From Anaerohalosphaeraceae bacterium (GTDB taxonomy: Bacteria; Planctomycetota; Phycisphaerae; Sedimentisphaerales; Anaerohalosphaeraceae): DNA of 64,000 nt. Below the pieces are notes generated by a model. That model was not told the DNA's origin and ran no database searches. It saw nothing but the letters and a program-made list of their open reading frames with translations. A program made the translations under genes and the position numbers. The first letter of the stretch is position 1. Every line of letters starts with the position of its first letter. This document shows positions 18,347 to 28,216 of this stretch, one piece after another. The DNA lies in NCBI GenBank assembly GCA_963675525.2, contig CAXXSL010000016.1:608001-672000 (forward strand), given 5' to 3'.

Positions 18347-19456
18347 TTAATATACCTGATCAAGACATTGTTCGACAACGTCCCGAGAAACTTCATGCGC
18401 CCATTGGCCGTCCTTGCACAGGGTCGTTCCCAGCGCCTCAAGCAGGACAAAGCGGGGCCATTGGCCGACGGCCTTTTTGTCCATACTGAGTAATTCGAGT
18501 AGTCTGTTTTTCTTCAGTTCGGCCGGGATTCGAGTAGGCATCTTGAGTTTTTTCAAGAGTGCTTCGATCCGTGACAGTCGGTCATCTTGCACCAATCCCA
18601 GTTCGGTTTCGATTTTGCCCGCCGCAATCATTCCGAGGGCCACGGATTCGCCATGCAACAATTTAAACTCGCTGGCGGATTCAACCGCATGCCCGATCGT
18701 ATGGCCGTAATTTAAAATACGGCGTTTATTTTTTTCGGTCGGATCCTCAGCGACAACGGCCGCTTTGATCGTACAATTGGTCATAGCAACCTGCTCCAGG
18801 ACGGACATGTCCTTTTGGCAGATCGCATCGATATTTTTTTCAAGAAACGCAAAGTAATCGGCATCCGCAATCGCCGCGTGTTTAACCGATTCGACCAGCC
18901 CGGCCCGAAATTGACGGTCATCCAGGGTCGACAGCGTGGATACATCAATATAGACCGCCGCGGGCTGCCAGAATGCGCCAAACGCATTCTTGCTGATGGA
19001 GCTGTCCACACCGGTTTTGCCGCCGACGCTGGAGTCAGCCTGTGCCACGGTCGTGGTCGGGACCTGAACAACCGGCACACCACGTTTAAATATCGCCGCG
19101 GCAAACCCGGCAATGTCGCCAACCGTTCCGCCACCCAGCGCCACTATGACAGTATCGCGGCCGAGACAGTGTTTTTCCATCATTTCGATGATCGCCACGG
19201 CCGTCTGAATATGCTTGGATGTTTCGCCGGCCGGATCGATTATATACGTCGGCACATTCTCGGAACCCGCCAGCGTCTTTAAATGCCCGGCCTTAACCAG
19301 TTCGGCGTCAGTCACGATAAAAGGCGAATACTTCGGCCATTGACCATGAATATGAAGCCACGTATCGGCAAGAATACCCCGCCCGATGGTGATCGAGTAC
19401 TTCGACTCAGGCACCTGCGGGACATGAACATCCAATGTTTGAGTTGACTGTTTCAT
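18347..19456 (-). CDS. aroB: 3-dehydroquinate synthase
   Basis: GGGTVGD, PTT, DSSVGGKTG, LNYGHTIGHA, HGE, DKK. Confidence 0.95.
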   Translation of the reverse strand: MKQSTQTLDVHVPQVPESKYSITIGRGILADTWLHIHGQWPKYSPFIVTDAELVKAGHLKTLAGSENVPTYIIDPAGETSKHIQTAVAIIEMMEKHCLGRDTVIVALGGGTVGDIAGFAAAIFKRGVPVVQVPTTTVAQADSSVGGKTGVDSSISKNAFGAFWQPAAVYIDVSTLSTLDDRQFRAGLVESVKHAAIADADYFAFLEKNIDAICQKDMSVLEQVAMTNCTIKAAVVAEDPTEKNKRRILNYGHTIGHAVESASEFKLLHGESVALGMIAAGKIETELGLVQDDRLSRIEALLKKLKMPTRIPAELKKNRLLELLSMDKKAVGQWPRFVLLEALGTTLCKDGQWAHEVSRDVVEQCLDQVY

Positions 19457-19460
19457 AAGA

Positions 19461-19973
19461 TTAATATGAAATTACCGTGTGTACATCATAGTTACTGAAC
19501 TTTTTTCTGCCGTTCAAATCCGCCAGCTCGATCAAAAATGTCAGGCCAACAATATAACCGCCAAGTTTTTCAATGAGTTCACAGGCAGCAGCCATGGTTC
19601 CCCCTGTCGCCAACAGATCGTCAGCCATCAGCACCCGCGTGTCCGGCTGAACGGCATCCGTATGAACCTCAACCACATCCTTGCCGTATTCCAGACCGTA
19701 GCTAACCGAATGCGTTTCAAACGGCAGTTTTCCCTTTTTACGGATCGGAACAAAACCGGCGTTCAACGCTTTCGCAACTGCCGCACCAAAAATGAATCCG
19801 CGTGCTTCAACCGCTGCAACCACATCAATTTCCTTGTCCCTGAACGGCTGGGCAAGACGGTCAATCGCATCGGCTAATGCCTGCGAATTTGACAAAAGCG
19901 GCGTAATATCGCGAAACAAAATTCCTGCCGTCGGAAAATCGGGAATGCTTCGAATATAACTCGTCAAATCCAT
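19461..19973 (-). CDS. apt: Adenine phosphoribosyltransferase
   Basis: PDFP..GILFRDIT, EARGF, RKKGKLP, DDLLATGGT. Confidence 0.96.
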   Translation of the reverse strand: MDLTSYIRSIPDFPTAGILFRDITPLLSNSQALADAIDRLAQPFRDKEIDVVAAVEARGFIFGAAVAKALNAGFVPIRKKGKLPFETHSVSYGLEYGKDVVEVHTDAVQPDTRVLMADDLLATGGTMAAACELIEKLGGYIVGLTFLIELADLNGRKKFSNYDVHTVISY

Positions 19974-20000
19974 GGCTTCCTCTTGTATCCTATAAACAAT

Positions 20001-20034
20001 AAAAAAAGGCGGAATTAAAAATAACCCCGCCTTT
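20001..20034 (-). terminator. Intrinsic terminator after sigma-factor gene
   Basis: AAAGGCGGGG...TTCCGCC-T7 on minus strand. Confidence 0.65.
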
Positions 20035-20060
20035 CGGTCACGTTCAAAGTCTTTGTCCTG

Positions 20061-20870
20061 TCAGGACGTCAACAGCTCATTGAGCTGGGCAAGGGCATTC
20101 CTCTGTAACTGGCGAACACGTTCACGTGTTAAGCCTAATTTTTTCCCGATTTCTTTCAGGGTCAACGGTTCGCACCCATTCAAACCAAATCGAAGCCGCA
20201 ACACGTCCGCTTCGCGAGGTTCAATCTCGTCCAGCAGCTGCAACGCCTTTACCAGTTCCTCATTGGTGCCAATATTTTCTTCCGGCGTAGTGATTCTATC
20301 ATCTTCAATGGCTTCGTCAAGTCCGGCATTCTGCTCAACAGAATCATATTGAAAACCAGCATCCACGACAGATACAATTTCCTGGATCGCCTTCGCCTTG
20401 CGAATCGGCACTTTCATGGCTCCGGCCATTTCTTCCAGACTGACCGTCCGACCGAGGCGGGATTCCAGTTCCGCATAGGCCTGACGCCATTGATTGATCA
20501 ATTCTACCATATAGGTCGGAATGTGGATCGGCTGGGCATTATTCAAGATCGCCCGCTTGATCGACTGCTTGATCCACCATGATGAATACGTGCTGAATCG
20601 AACGCCATGATCCGGATCAAACGTATCCACTGCGCGAAGAAGACCCAAATTGCCTTCTTCAATTAAATCGCCAAGTGTCATTCCTCTGCCGGAATATTTC
20701 TTGGCGATATTAACCACCAGTCTCAGGTTGCTGCGAACCAGCCGCTCACGAGCACATGGATCGTTTTCTTCAAGAACCAGGTTCGCAAGCTCTTTTTCCT
20801 GCTCCCAGTTTAACAGCGGAGCTTCATCGATTTCCGATAAATATTCTTTTATAGTCACATCAAAAGCCAT
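20061..20870 (-). CDS. RpoD/RpoS-family sigma factor lacking region 1.1
   Basis: YLSEI..PLL, NLRLVVNIAKKY, DLIEEGNLGL, FSTYSSWWIKQ, TLKEIG..LGLTRERVRQ. Confidence 0.9.
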   Translation of the reverse strand: MAFDVTIKEYLSEIDEAPLLNWEQEKELANLVLEENDPCARERLVRSNLRLVVNIAKKYSGRGMTLGDLIEEGNLGLLRAVDTFDPDHGVRFSTYSSWWIKQSIKRAILNNAQPIHIPTYMVELINQWRQAYAELESRLGRTVSLEEMAGAMKVPIRKAKAIQEIVSVVDAGFQYDSVEQNAGLDEAIEDDRITTPEENIGTNEELVKALQLLDEIEPREADVLRLRFGLNGCEPLTLKEIGKKLGLTRERVRQLQRNALAQLNELLTS

Positions 20871-20982
20871 GATTCACTCCTGTTGTCTGCCTCCGAAAAG
20901 GCGGTTATTATTTATTTAAACAACAGACCCTTTTTTATCGGGCTGCATGTCATGCAGCTACAAACTGCATGACATGCCGAGT

Positions 20983-21009
20983 GTATCGACTTTTTTCGGC
21001 ACTGGTTTA
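20983..21009 (-). promoter_or_regulatory. Sigma-28 (FliA)-like promoter upstream of sigma gene
   Basis: TAAA-N15-GTCGATAC versus consensus TAAA-N15-GCCGATAA. Confidence 0.5.
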
Positions 21010-21076
21010 ACCCTAAACTTAGCCAATGTACCCAAAAAATATTTCAAAAATCGTGGTATCTATGAACCACTGCTTA

Positions 21077-22870
21077 TTACTCAGAATCCTGACCGGGCAT
21101 CGGAATATTCAAAGAATCAGGCATTAAAGAACCGTCCAGACCGCCTCGCCGCTGCGGTGATTCCTTGGATTCATCCTCTACCTCAACAGGCACAGCATGG
21201 GCCTTTTCTTCGGCTGCCTTATCTTCGGCCGCCCATTGAACACGACGCAGGCTCAAACCGATCTTGCGGGCGTCCATATCAACACGCAGGATCTTCACTT
21301 CGAGTTCCTGGCCGATCTTGACCACATCCTGTGGTGAATCGACCTTATCGTCCGACAATTCGGAAATATGCAGCAAGCCTTCCAAGTCCGATTCCAGTTC
21401 GACAAAAACGCCGAAGTTGGTCAGTTTCGTCACAGCACCCTTGACAATTTGACCCGGGATGTATTTTTCCGGAATCGCACGAACCCACGGGTCTTCGGTC
21501 AACTGCTTAAGACCCAGCGAAACACGATGCTTTTCCTCATCCACTTCGAGTACAACGCACTTGATCTCCTGACCCTTCTGGAGCGTCTCGCCCGGATGAT
21601 TGTATTTCTTGGTCCAGCTTAAGTCAGAAATGTGGATCAAACCGTCAATACCCGGTTCAATTTCCACAAAAGCGCCGTAATTGGTCAGGCTGGTAATCTT
21701 GGTGGTCACAATCGTTCCCGGAGGATACTTTTGGCTGGCCACACTCCACGGGTTCGTTTCAAGCTGCTTGAGACCCAGCGAAATTTCCTGCTTGTCTTTG
21801 TTGACATCCAGCACCATGACTTCGACTTCCTGGTTGAGTGTCAGGATGTCTCCGGGGTGGGCAATACGCTTGGTCCAGCTCATTTCGCTGATATGGATCA
21901 AACCTTCGATGCCTTCCTCCAGACGTACAAACGCACCGTAGTTCATGATATTGACAACAGTGCCCTTGACGGTTTTCCCAATCGGATATCGCTGTCCGAC
22001 ATCTTCCCACGGACTGGCGGCTTTCTGCTTGAGACCCAGAGATATCTTTTCGGTTTCCTTGTCGACACCGATAACCATGCAATCGATTTCCTGATCCAGT
22101 TCGACCAGTTCGGACGGATGTGAAATGCGCCCCCAACTCAGGTCGGAAATATGCAGCAGGCCGTCCAGACCGCCGAGGTCCACGAACACGCCGAAATCGG
22201 CAATATTCTTGACGATACCCTTGCGTATCTGGCCCACTTCGATCTCGGTAAGGATCTTTTCCTTGCTGGCTTGACGATCCTCTTCGATGAGTTTACGTCG
22301 GGATACGACGATGTTATGGTTTTCCGTGTCAATTTTCAGGATCTTGCATTCAATTTCACGTCCGATGAACCGGCTGATGTCACCGGGCTTGCGGATATCC
22401 ACCTGCGAAGCAGGCAGAAAGACCGGTACACCAATGTCCACCAGTAAACCGCCTTTGATGCGGCGGCTGACAATACCCTTGACCACATCGCCTTCGGCGT
22501 TATTGGTAATGACAGTTTCCCACCCGCGAATACGGTCAGCTTTGCGTTTGCTCAGCAAAATACCGTTTTCCGCATCCATCTCTTCCAGCAGAACTTCGAT
22601 CTCTTTGCCGGATACGATCTCTTCGGGATCATCAAATTCGGAAGCTTCCACGATCCCTTCGCTCTTAAGGCCCAGTTCCACGATCACATCATTACCCAGT
22701 TGCGTAACAATGCGACCCTTGACAATAGTACCGGGAAGCAACGATTCAACTGTTTTTTGGAGTTCCTGAGCGAGCAGTTCTTTGTGTTCAGAGGTGAATA
22801 ATTCGTTGATTTCTTGTTCGATTTGTTCGTTGGACAAGCCCAACTTATTAATGATGTTTCTGTCTACCAT
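21077..22870 (-). CDS. rpsA: 30S ribosomal protein S1
   Basis: Six S1 repeats (FGVFVDLGGLDGLLHISD etc.); start at 22870 after AGGAG. Confidence 0.97.
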   Translation of the reverse strand: MVDRNIINKLGLSNEQIEQEINELFTSEHKELLAQELQKTVESLLPGTIVKGRIVTQLGNDVIVELGLKSEGIVEASEFDDPEEIVSGKEIEVLLEEMDAENGILLSKRKADRIRGWETVITNNAEGDVVKGIVSRRIKGGLLVDIGVPVFLPASQVDIRKPGDISRFIGREIECKILKIDTENHNIVVSRRKLIEEDRQASKEKILTEIEVGQIRKGIVKNIADFGVFVDLGGLDGLLHISDLSWGRISHPSELVELDQEIDCMVIGVDKETEKISLGLKQKAASPWEDVGQRYPIGKTVKGTVVNIMNYGAFVRLEEGIEGLIHISEMSWTKRIAHPGDILTLNQEVEVMVLDVNKDKQEISLGLKQLETNPWSVASQKYPPGTIVTTKITSLTNYGAFVEIEPGIDGLIHISDLSWTKKYNHPGETLQKGQEIKCVVLEVDEEKHRVSLGLKQLTEDPWVRAIPEKYIPGQIVKGAVTKLTNFGVFVELESDLEGLLHISELSDDKVDSPQDVVKIGQELEVKILRVDMDARKIGLSLRRVQWAAEDKAAEEKAHAVPVEVEDESKESPQRRGGLDGSLMPDSLNIPMPGQDSE

Positions 22871-23021
22871 AAATATTCTCCTGTGGAGTCTATTTGTCCG
22901 CACTGATGCGCCCCACATTTACGCAATCAGCACTAACCTCTGTAAAAGGTTAATAAAAAAATAATGCATTGACCTACGCAGTCAATGCCTTGACTCAAAT
23001 CCCTTTTCATCATCCTCGGCG

Positions 23022-23873
23022 TTACCGGCATTCGGCCGGTTCGTCATAACTCTCAAGGTTTCGGACAAACTCCCGAATGACCTCATCGGGCGTAGAAGCC
23101 CCTGCGGTTACGCCTGCGGTGGCTTTACCGCAGAGCAATGTTTTATCAAGTTCGTTCCAATTTTGCAAATGATATGTTTGAAAATTGTGTTTTTTGCACA
23201 AATCCGCAAGTTTTCGGGTATTGGCGCTATGAAGCCCACCGAGGACAAACATGATGTCCACCTGCCGGCACAGTTTAACCGCAGCCTGCTGGCGCTCCAT
23301 TGTTTCCCGGCAAAGCGTGTTGATGATTTTCATCTCGGAAAAGCCTCTTCGGGCAATCGCCGCGATCATATCCGCAAAGTGACCCGGGCTTTGGGTGGTT
23401 TGACAAATAACACCTAACTTCTTTTTATTATTAAGCTTATCTAAATCTTCCTCCGTGGCGACAACCTCCACGTCCTCGGTATAGCCGACAACCGCTTTAA
23501 CTTCAGGATGATTTTTGTCGCCAATCATCACAACTTTGTAGCCCTCATCGTAAAGCTGCTGGGCGATTTTTTGGACCCGCTTAACCAATACACAGGTCGC
23601 ATCCACAATTTTCAGGCCTTTTTGGTTTATTCTGTCCAGTTCTTCCAGCGTCGCCCCATGCGAACGGATCAACACCGTGCCCGATTGGATGATATCAATC
23701 GAATCGACCATTTTCAGGCCGTCTTTGGAAAGTTGAGCCACAACATCTTCATTATGAATAATCGGCCCCAGGCTGGAGACTTCCTTTTCCTGCTCCAGCG
23801 TTTTCTCGGCCAAATTAATGGCATTCCGCACCCCCGGACAAAACCCGCATTTTTCTGCTACTAATACTTTCAT
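23022..23873 (-). CDS. ispH: 4-hydroxy-3-methylbut-2-enyl diphosphate reductase
   Basis: GFCPGV, IIHN, IRSHG, DATC, HPEV, QTT, TLC, SANT, TAGASTP. Confidence 0.95.
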   Translation of the reverse strand: MKVLVAEKCGFCPGVRNAINLAEKTLEQEKEVSSLGPIIHNEDVVAQLSKDGLKMVDSIDIIQSGTVLIRSHGATLEELDRINQKGLKIVDATCVLVKRVQKIAQQLYDEGYKVVMIGDKNHPEVKAVVGYTEDVEVVATEEDLDKLNNKKKLGVICQTTQSPGHFADMIAAIARRGFSEMKIINTLCRETMERQQAAVKLCRQVDIMFVLGGLHSANTRKLADLCKKHNFQTYHLQNWNELDKTLLCGKATAGVTAGASTPDEVIREFVRNLESYDEPAECR

Positions 23874-23969
23874 GTCCTCCTTTTATCCAAAAATAACATA
23901 TTTAGCAAGCTCTATTCAGGGCCGCCGAAGGTTAGTGACCGGTTCAGTTGCCAGGAAGAGTTCGGTATC

Positions 23970-23997
23970 TTGGAATTTAGAGTATGGAATTTGGAAT
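23970..23997. repeat. Short heptamer tandem repeat
   Basis: TTGGAAT TTAGAGT ATGGAAT TTGGAAT. Confidence 0.45.
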
Positions 23998-24225
23998 TTA
24001 ATTTACCTTCTGGAGGAAATTTAAATTTTATCTTCAATATTTATGATTTTTTTACCAAAAATGCCCCATAATACTACTGATATTTGGATTTTTCAGCATT
24101 TGTCCGATAAATACCTAAAGATATTCCGGCATTTTTACCGATATTTGTTAATGGATATTAATAGTGATAGTGCTGTTTATTAAAATAATATTAAGGTTCC
24201 CTGGGTAACGATAAGGAAGAAGCAA

Positions 24226-25425
24226 ATGAGAACGATTGCAATTATCAACCAAAAAGGCGGTTGCGGCAAGACCACCGTGTCAATCAACCTATCCTCCGCA
24301 CTGGCCGCCAAAGGCTATCGAACGCTGCTGGTTGACATGGACCCGCAGGGCCACTGTGCCGTTGGATTGGCGGTGCCGGAAGAACAGATCGAGCAGAGCA
24401 TTTATGACGTGCTGATCGGCACCGGCCGCGGTGAACCAATGCGCATCAACGAGATACTTTGGCAGATATGTGAACGGTTCGAGTTGGCGCCATCGAGTAT
24501 TGACCTGGCCGCCTTCGAACAGCAGATGACCGGTATCGTAGACCGCGAGAACTGCCTGCGAAAAATACTCGACAGCATTCAGGATGACTACGACTACGTG
24601 GTCATCGACTGTCCGCCTTCGGTGAGCCTGCTGACATTCAATGCTTTGCGTGCGGCCACAGATGTCATCGTACCGGTGGAGATGGGATACTTCTCCCTGC
24701 ACGGTCTCAGCAAGCAGCTCGAAACACTGAGTATCCTCTGCAATCAATGCGATCAACAGATCAACGTTATGGTTTTGGCCAGCATGTACGACATCCGGAC
24801 CAAAATGGGCCGAGAGATTCTGGCCGAGCTCAAAAAGCACTTCTCTGCGAAAATGTTCAAGACCGTTGTCAATTTCAACACGAAGCTGAAAGAGGCCGCC
24901 AGCCTCGGCCAGCCCATCAGTGAATATGATCCGGCCAGTAAAGGGTACAAGGACTTTTTGACACTGGCCGAAGAACTGGCCGGAACCGACACCCTGACCC
25001 ATCGAGCCGACCTGGTCAATTCACTGCAGGCCAAACTGGAAGTTATCAGTGCCAGCGCCGAGGAATTGCTGGCCAAGGTGGAGCCGAAAAAGAAAACCCT
25101 GGACGACCAACCCGTCCTGTCGCTGGACGAAAAACTGGCCGACTTCTACGGCGTCAAACAACTGGATGGGCATGTGATCTTCAGCACGCTTTATCCGCGG
25201 GCCAAAACGGTTCATGTGGCCGGGGACTTCAACGATTGGATACCCGAAAAGACCGCCTTCGAAAAGATTGACGATTCCGGCAAATGGATGCTGCAGTTGC
25301 CGATGGAAAAAGGCACCTATCGTTACCGGCTGGTCGTTGACGGCCAATGGCAGCAGGACCCGTATAACCGCATGACCGAGATGAACCCGTACGGAGAAAT
25401 GAATTCCATACTGTACATCCAATAG
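24226..25425 (+). CDS. ParA/Soj-family ATPase fused to C-terminal CBM48/AMPK-beta-like glycogen-binding domain
   Basis: NQKGGCGKTT deviant Walker A, DMDPQG, IDCPP; tail VAGDFNDW...GTYRYRLVVDGQWQQDP. Confidence 0.88.
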   Translation: MRTIAIINQKGGCGKTTVSINLSSALAAKGYRTLLVDMDPQGHCAVGLAVPEEQIEQSIYDVLIGTGRGEPMRINEILWQICERFELAPSSIDLAAFEQQMTGIVDRENCLRKILDSIQDDYDYVVIDCPPSVSLLTFNALRAATDVIVPVEMGYFSLHGLSKQLETLSILCNQCDQQINVMVLASMYDIRTKMGREILAELKKHFSAKMFKTVVNFNTKLKEAASLGQPISEYDPASKGYKDFLTLAEELAGTDTLTHRADLVNSLQAKLEVISASAEELLAKVEPKKKTLDDQPVLSLDEKLADFYGVKQLDGHVIFSTLYPRAKTVHVAGDFNDWIPEKTAFEKIDDSGKWMLQLPMEKGTYRYRLVVDGQWQQDPYNRMTEMNPYGEMNSILYIQ

Positions 25426-25445
25426 AAAAATTTAGTGGGAAGAGG

Positions 25446-25484
25446 AAAACGCCGGGATGAGCCGATCACCCCCGGCGTTTTTTT
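25446..25484. terminator. Bidirectional terminator between ParA-CBM48 and purE
   Basis: AAAACGCCGGG...CCCGGCGTTTTTTT between convergent genes. Confidence 0.7.
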
Positions 25485-25495
25485 ATGGTTGGGTA

Positions 25496-26002
25496 TTAGC
25501 CGTTCAGTTCAGCATCCTTCTTGAGAGCTTTTTCGGTTTGGGCCTTGCGGAAATCGGCCAGAGTTTTGGCCAGTTTCGCATCGCTCAGCGCCAGTATCTG
25601 CAGGGCATACACCGCCGCATTCTTGGCACCGGCTTTACCGATAGCCATCGTCCCGACCGGCATCCCGGGCGGCATCTGAACGGTACTGAGCAGTGCATCC
25701 AATCCGCAGGGGCCTTCTTTGGCCTGCATGGGCACCCCGACGATCGGCAACTGCGAATGCGCCGCCATCGCCCCGGCCAGATGCGCAGCCATCCCGGCAG
25801 CGGCAATAATCACCTTGATCCCGTTTCCGGCAGCATTCGCGGCAAAGTCACACGCCGCCGCCGGCGTACGATGTGCCGACAAGATCCGCACCACCGGATC
25901 GATCCCAAATTCCTTGAGCTGCCTTGTGCAGCTTTCCATCACGGGCAGATCGCTGTCAGAGCCCATTAAAACCGCTACGGACGACTGTTTTGGATTCGAC
26001 AT
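25496..26002 (-). CDS. purE: N5-carboxyaminoimidazole ribonucleotide mutase
   Basis: MGSDSD, SAHRTP, AGMAAHL, STVQMPPG. Confidence 0.96.
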   Translation of the reverse strand: MSNPKQSSVAVLMGSDSDLPVMESCTRQLKEFGIDPVVRILSAHRTPAAACDFAANAAGNGIKVIIAAAGMAAHLAGAMAAHSQLPIVGVPMQAKEGPCGLDALLSTVQMPPGMPVGTMAIGKAGAKNAAVYALQILALSDAKLAKTLADFRKAQTEKALKKDAELNG

Positions 26003-26109
26003 TTGAATTTTTCCTATTCTGACGTTAAAATAGTAGGACCGGTTTCACAAAATCAAGTAGATACTATACCCCCTCCGTCGGGGATTTTCAAGTTTGGAGA
26101 TGAGATAAA

Positions 26110-26982
26110 ATGAACGTACGAAAACCAGCCGTTGCAGGCCAGTTTTATGGCGCCAGCCAAACCGAATGCCTCGCCGAGATCGACGAATGTCTGCCCGCAG
26201 GCCCGATTCCCGGCCAATTGCCCGCCCCCGTCGTCGCGGCCATCGTACCCCATGCGGGTTGGGTGTTCAGCGGCGAACTGGCAGGACGAGCCTTTAAGGC
26301 GATCCGGCAGGCAAACGGCGACGTCGATACCTTCGTGATTTTCGGGGCAGCGCATCGGTATTACGGCGACAGCGCGGTCGTTTATGACAGCGGCGCCTGG
26401 AAGACACCGCTGGGACAAATCGCTATCGATGCCCCGTTAGCCGCAGAAATCGTCGAAAAAGGCGCCACCGCCGACCCCGAAGCCCACCGCGGCGAACACA
26501 GCATCGAGGTACAGGTCCCCTTCATCCAGCACCTGTTCCCAAACGCAAAGATCGTTCCCATTATCGTACCGGTCGCCGGCTTCGACCATTCATTCGGCAC
26601 CCGCGTCGGCGAATTGATCGCCTCCAAACACGACAAAAAAATCGTTTGCATCGCCTCCACCGACCTGACCCACTACGGCCCGCGATACGGATTCTGCCCG
26701 GAAGGCACGGGACAGGCCGCCCTGAAATGGGCACGCGAGGTCAACGATATGGAATTCATCGACCTAGCCCTTCGCATGGAAGCCGACGAACTGGTTCGCT
26801 CAGCCGTCGAAAAAGGCAACGCCTGCGGTCCGGCCGCAGTCGCAACCGTCATCGCGGCAGCAAAAGCCGCCGGACGCATCCACGGAACCCTCCTCGGACA
26901 CACAACCAGCAGTGAAATCATGAAAGCAAAATTCAACGAAACCAGCCAAGAATCCGTCGGCTACGCCGCAATCGTCTTTTAA
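26110..26982 (+). CDS. amrB: MEMO1-family protein (AmmeMemoRadiSam protein B)
   Basis: RKPAVAGQFY, PHAGW, EHSIEVQVPF, ASTDLTHY, CG, VGYAA. Confidence 0.9.
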   Translation: MNVRKPAVAGQFYGASQTECLAEIDECLPAGPIPGQLPAPVVAAIVPHAGWVFSGELAGRAFKAIRQANGDVDTFVIFGAAHRYYGDSAVVYDSGAWKTPLGQIAIDAPLAAEIVEKGATADPEAHRGEHSIEVQVPFIQHLFPNAKIVPIIVPVAGFDHSFGTRVGELIASKHDKKIVCIASTDLTHYGPRYGFCPEGTGQAALKWAREVNDMEFIDLALRMEADELVRSAVEKGNACGPAAVATVIAAAKAAGRIHGTLLGHTTSSEIMKAKFNETSQESVGYAAIVF

Positions 26983-27009
26983 GACCGCTCATTGCAGACG
27001 AGTTAGAAC

Positions 27010-27588
27010 TTACGGTGCTGAGTTATCGGAATCCCGGGAAGTATTCGTACCGGCCGGATTGGAGGGAATGCATTCGGCAATAAAATTGACGGCCATGCGG
27101 GCATCACCGGCCAGCTTTTGAATTTCAGTTTGAAGCGATTGTTCGGGATAACCGGCCAACAGCCCAATGGAATTTTGAAGTACCGTCGCCTGGCTGACAA
27201 ATTGAGCCGCCGGATCGGCGGACGGCCCCGGTGGGGTTCGATGAAAATAATATATGCCGAGCAAGCTGACAAGCAGCACCGCCGCGGCGGCAGTGAGACC
27301 ATAACCAAAACGAATAGGCGTAAACGGACGCAGGTCGGATAGAGTCGATTGTGTCGGCATGTCTTCGGCTAAACGCTGCTGTACAACAGCTCGAATCCTG
27401 TGCACTTGCTCTTCGGCTATGATAGTCGATGGTTCGGCTCGCAGTTGTTCTTCCATGTCCTTAATTTGATGATAGAAGGCCCGGCATCCCGAACACTTTT
27501 GCAGATGACCGATCAATATCGGCCGCCGGATATTTCCGAATTCATCCAAATCATTTTGAATCGCTGATTGATAGTGACGGCAAAACAT
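27010..27588 (-). CDS. Putative zinc-binding anti-sigma factor
   Basis: N-terminal C...HLQKCSGC (zf-HC2), single TM, coupled to ECF gene. Confidence 0.7.
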   Translation of the reverse strand: MFCRHYQSAIQNDLDEFGNIRRPILIGHLQKCSGCRAFYHQIKDMEEQLRAEPSTIIAEEQVHRIRAVVQQRLAEDMPTQSTLSDLRPFTPIRFGYGLTAAAAVLLVSLLGIYYFHRTPPGPSADPAAQFVSQATVLQNSIGLLAGYPEQSLQTEIQKLAGDARMAVNFIAECIPSNPAGTNTSRDSDNSAP

Positions 27589-28190
27589 TAGTGTGTCCTT
27601 TCCAGTGAAACTGTGTCATTGCTGTCGAATCCGCACATGGGAGCCGATTCTTTTTGAACGATCCTTTTTGCCAGCCGGTTACGCGCCCGGTGCAGATGAA
27701 CCCGAACGCCGGTTTGCGTCTTGCCCATTATCCCTGCGATTTGCTCGATATCCATATCCTGCTTATAACGCAGCCACAGCACAGTACGGTCATCCGGCCT
27801 CATTGCATGCACCTCGTCCCAGATCCCGCCGGCAATAGACGCTTGCTCCGCAGGTGTTTCGGCTATTTGCCCGATCGCCTCGTGTGACAATACATGAGGT
27901 CGCTTTTTACGATAGACCGACACGGCAACGCGATAGGCAATAGTAAACAGCCAGCTTTTAAAAGCATAGCGGCCATCGAAGGAATCGATATGCTGATAGG
28001 CTTTTAAAAATGTTTCCTGAACAATATCTTCGGCATCCTGAACATTGGCCGCACGCCCCGTGATAAACTGCACCAGCGGGCGGCAGTACCGCCGGACGAT
28101 CTCATCGAAAGCAGCCCGGTCACCCCGGGCCGCTTCTTCAGCTAACGCTTCATCTGTTACGGTTTCGTTTTGTGGGTCCATCTTTATCAT
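27588..28190 (-). CDS. ECF sigma factor
   Basis: AEDIVQETFLKA, FKSWLFTIA, region 4 VRVHLHRAR. Confidence 0.92.
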   Translation of the reverse strand: MIKMDPQNETVTDEALAEEAARGDRAAFDEIVRRYCRPLVQFITGRAANVQDAEDIVQETFLKAYQHIDSFDGRYAFKSWLFTIAYRVAVSVYRKKRPHVLSHEAIGQIAETPAEQASIAGGIWDEVHAMRPDDRTVLWLRYKQDMDIEQIAGIMGKTQTGVRVHLHRARNRLAKRIVQKESAPMCGFDSNDTVSLERTH

Positions 28191-28216
28191 AAACCGTGCT
28201 AAGGCAATCTTCAGCT

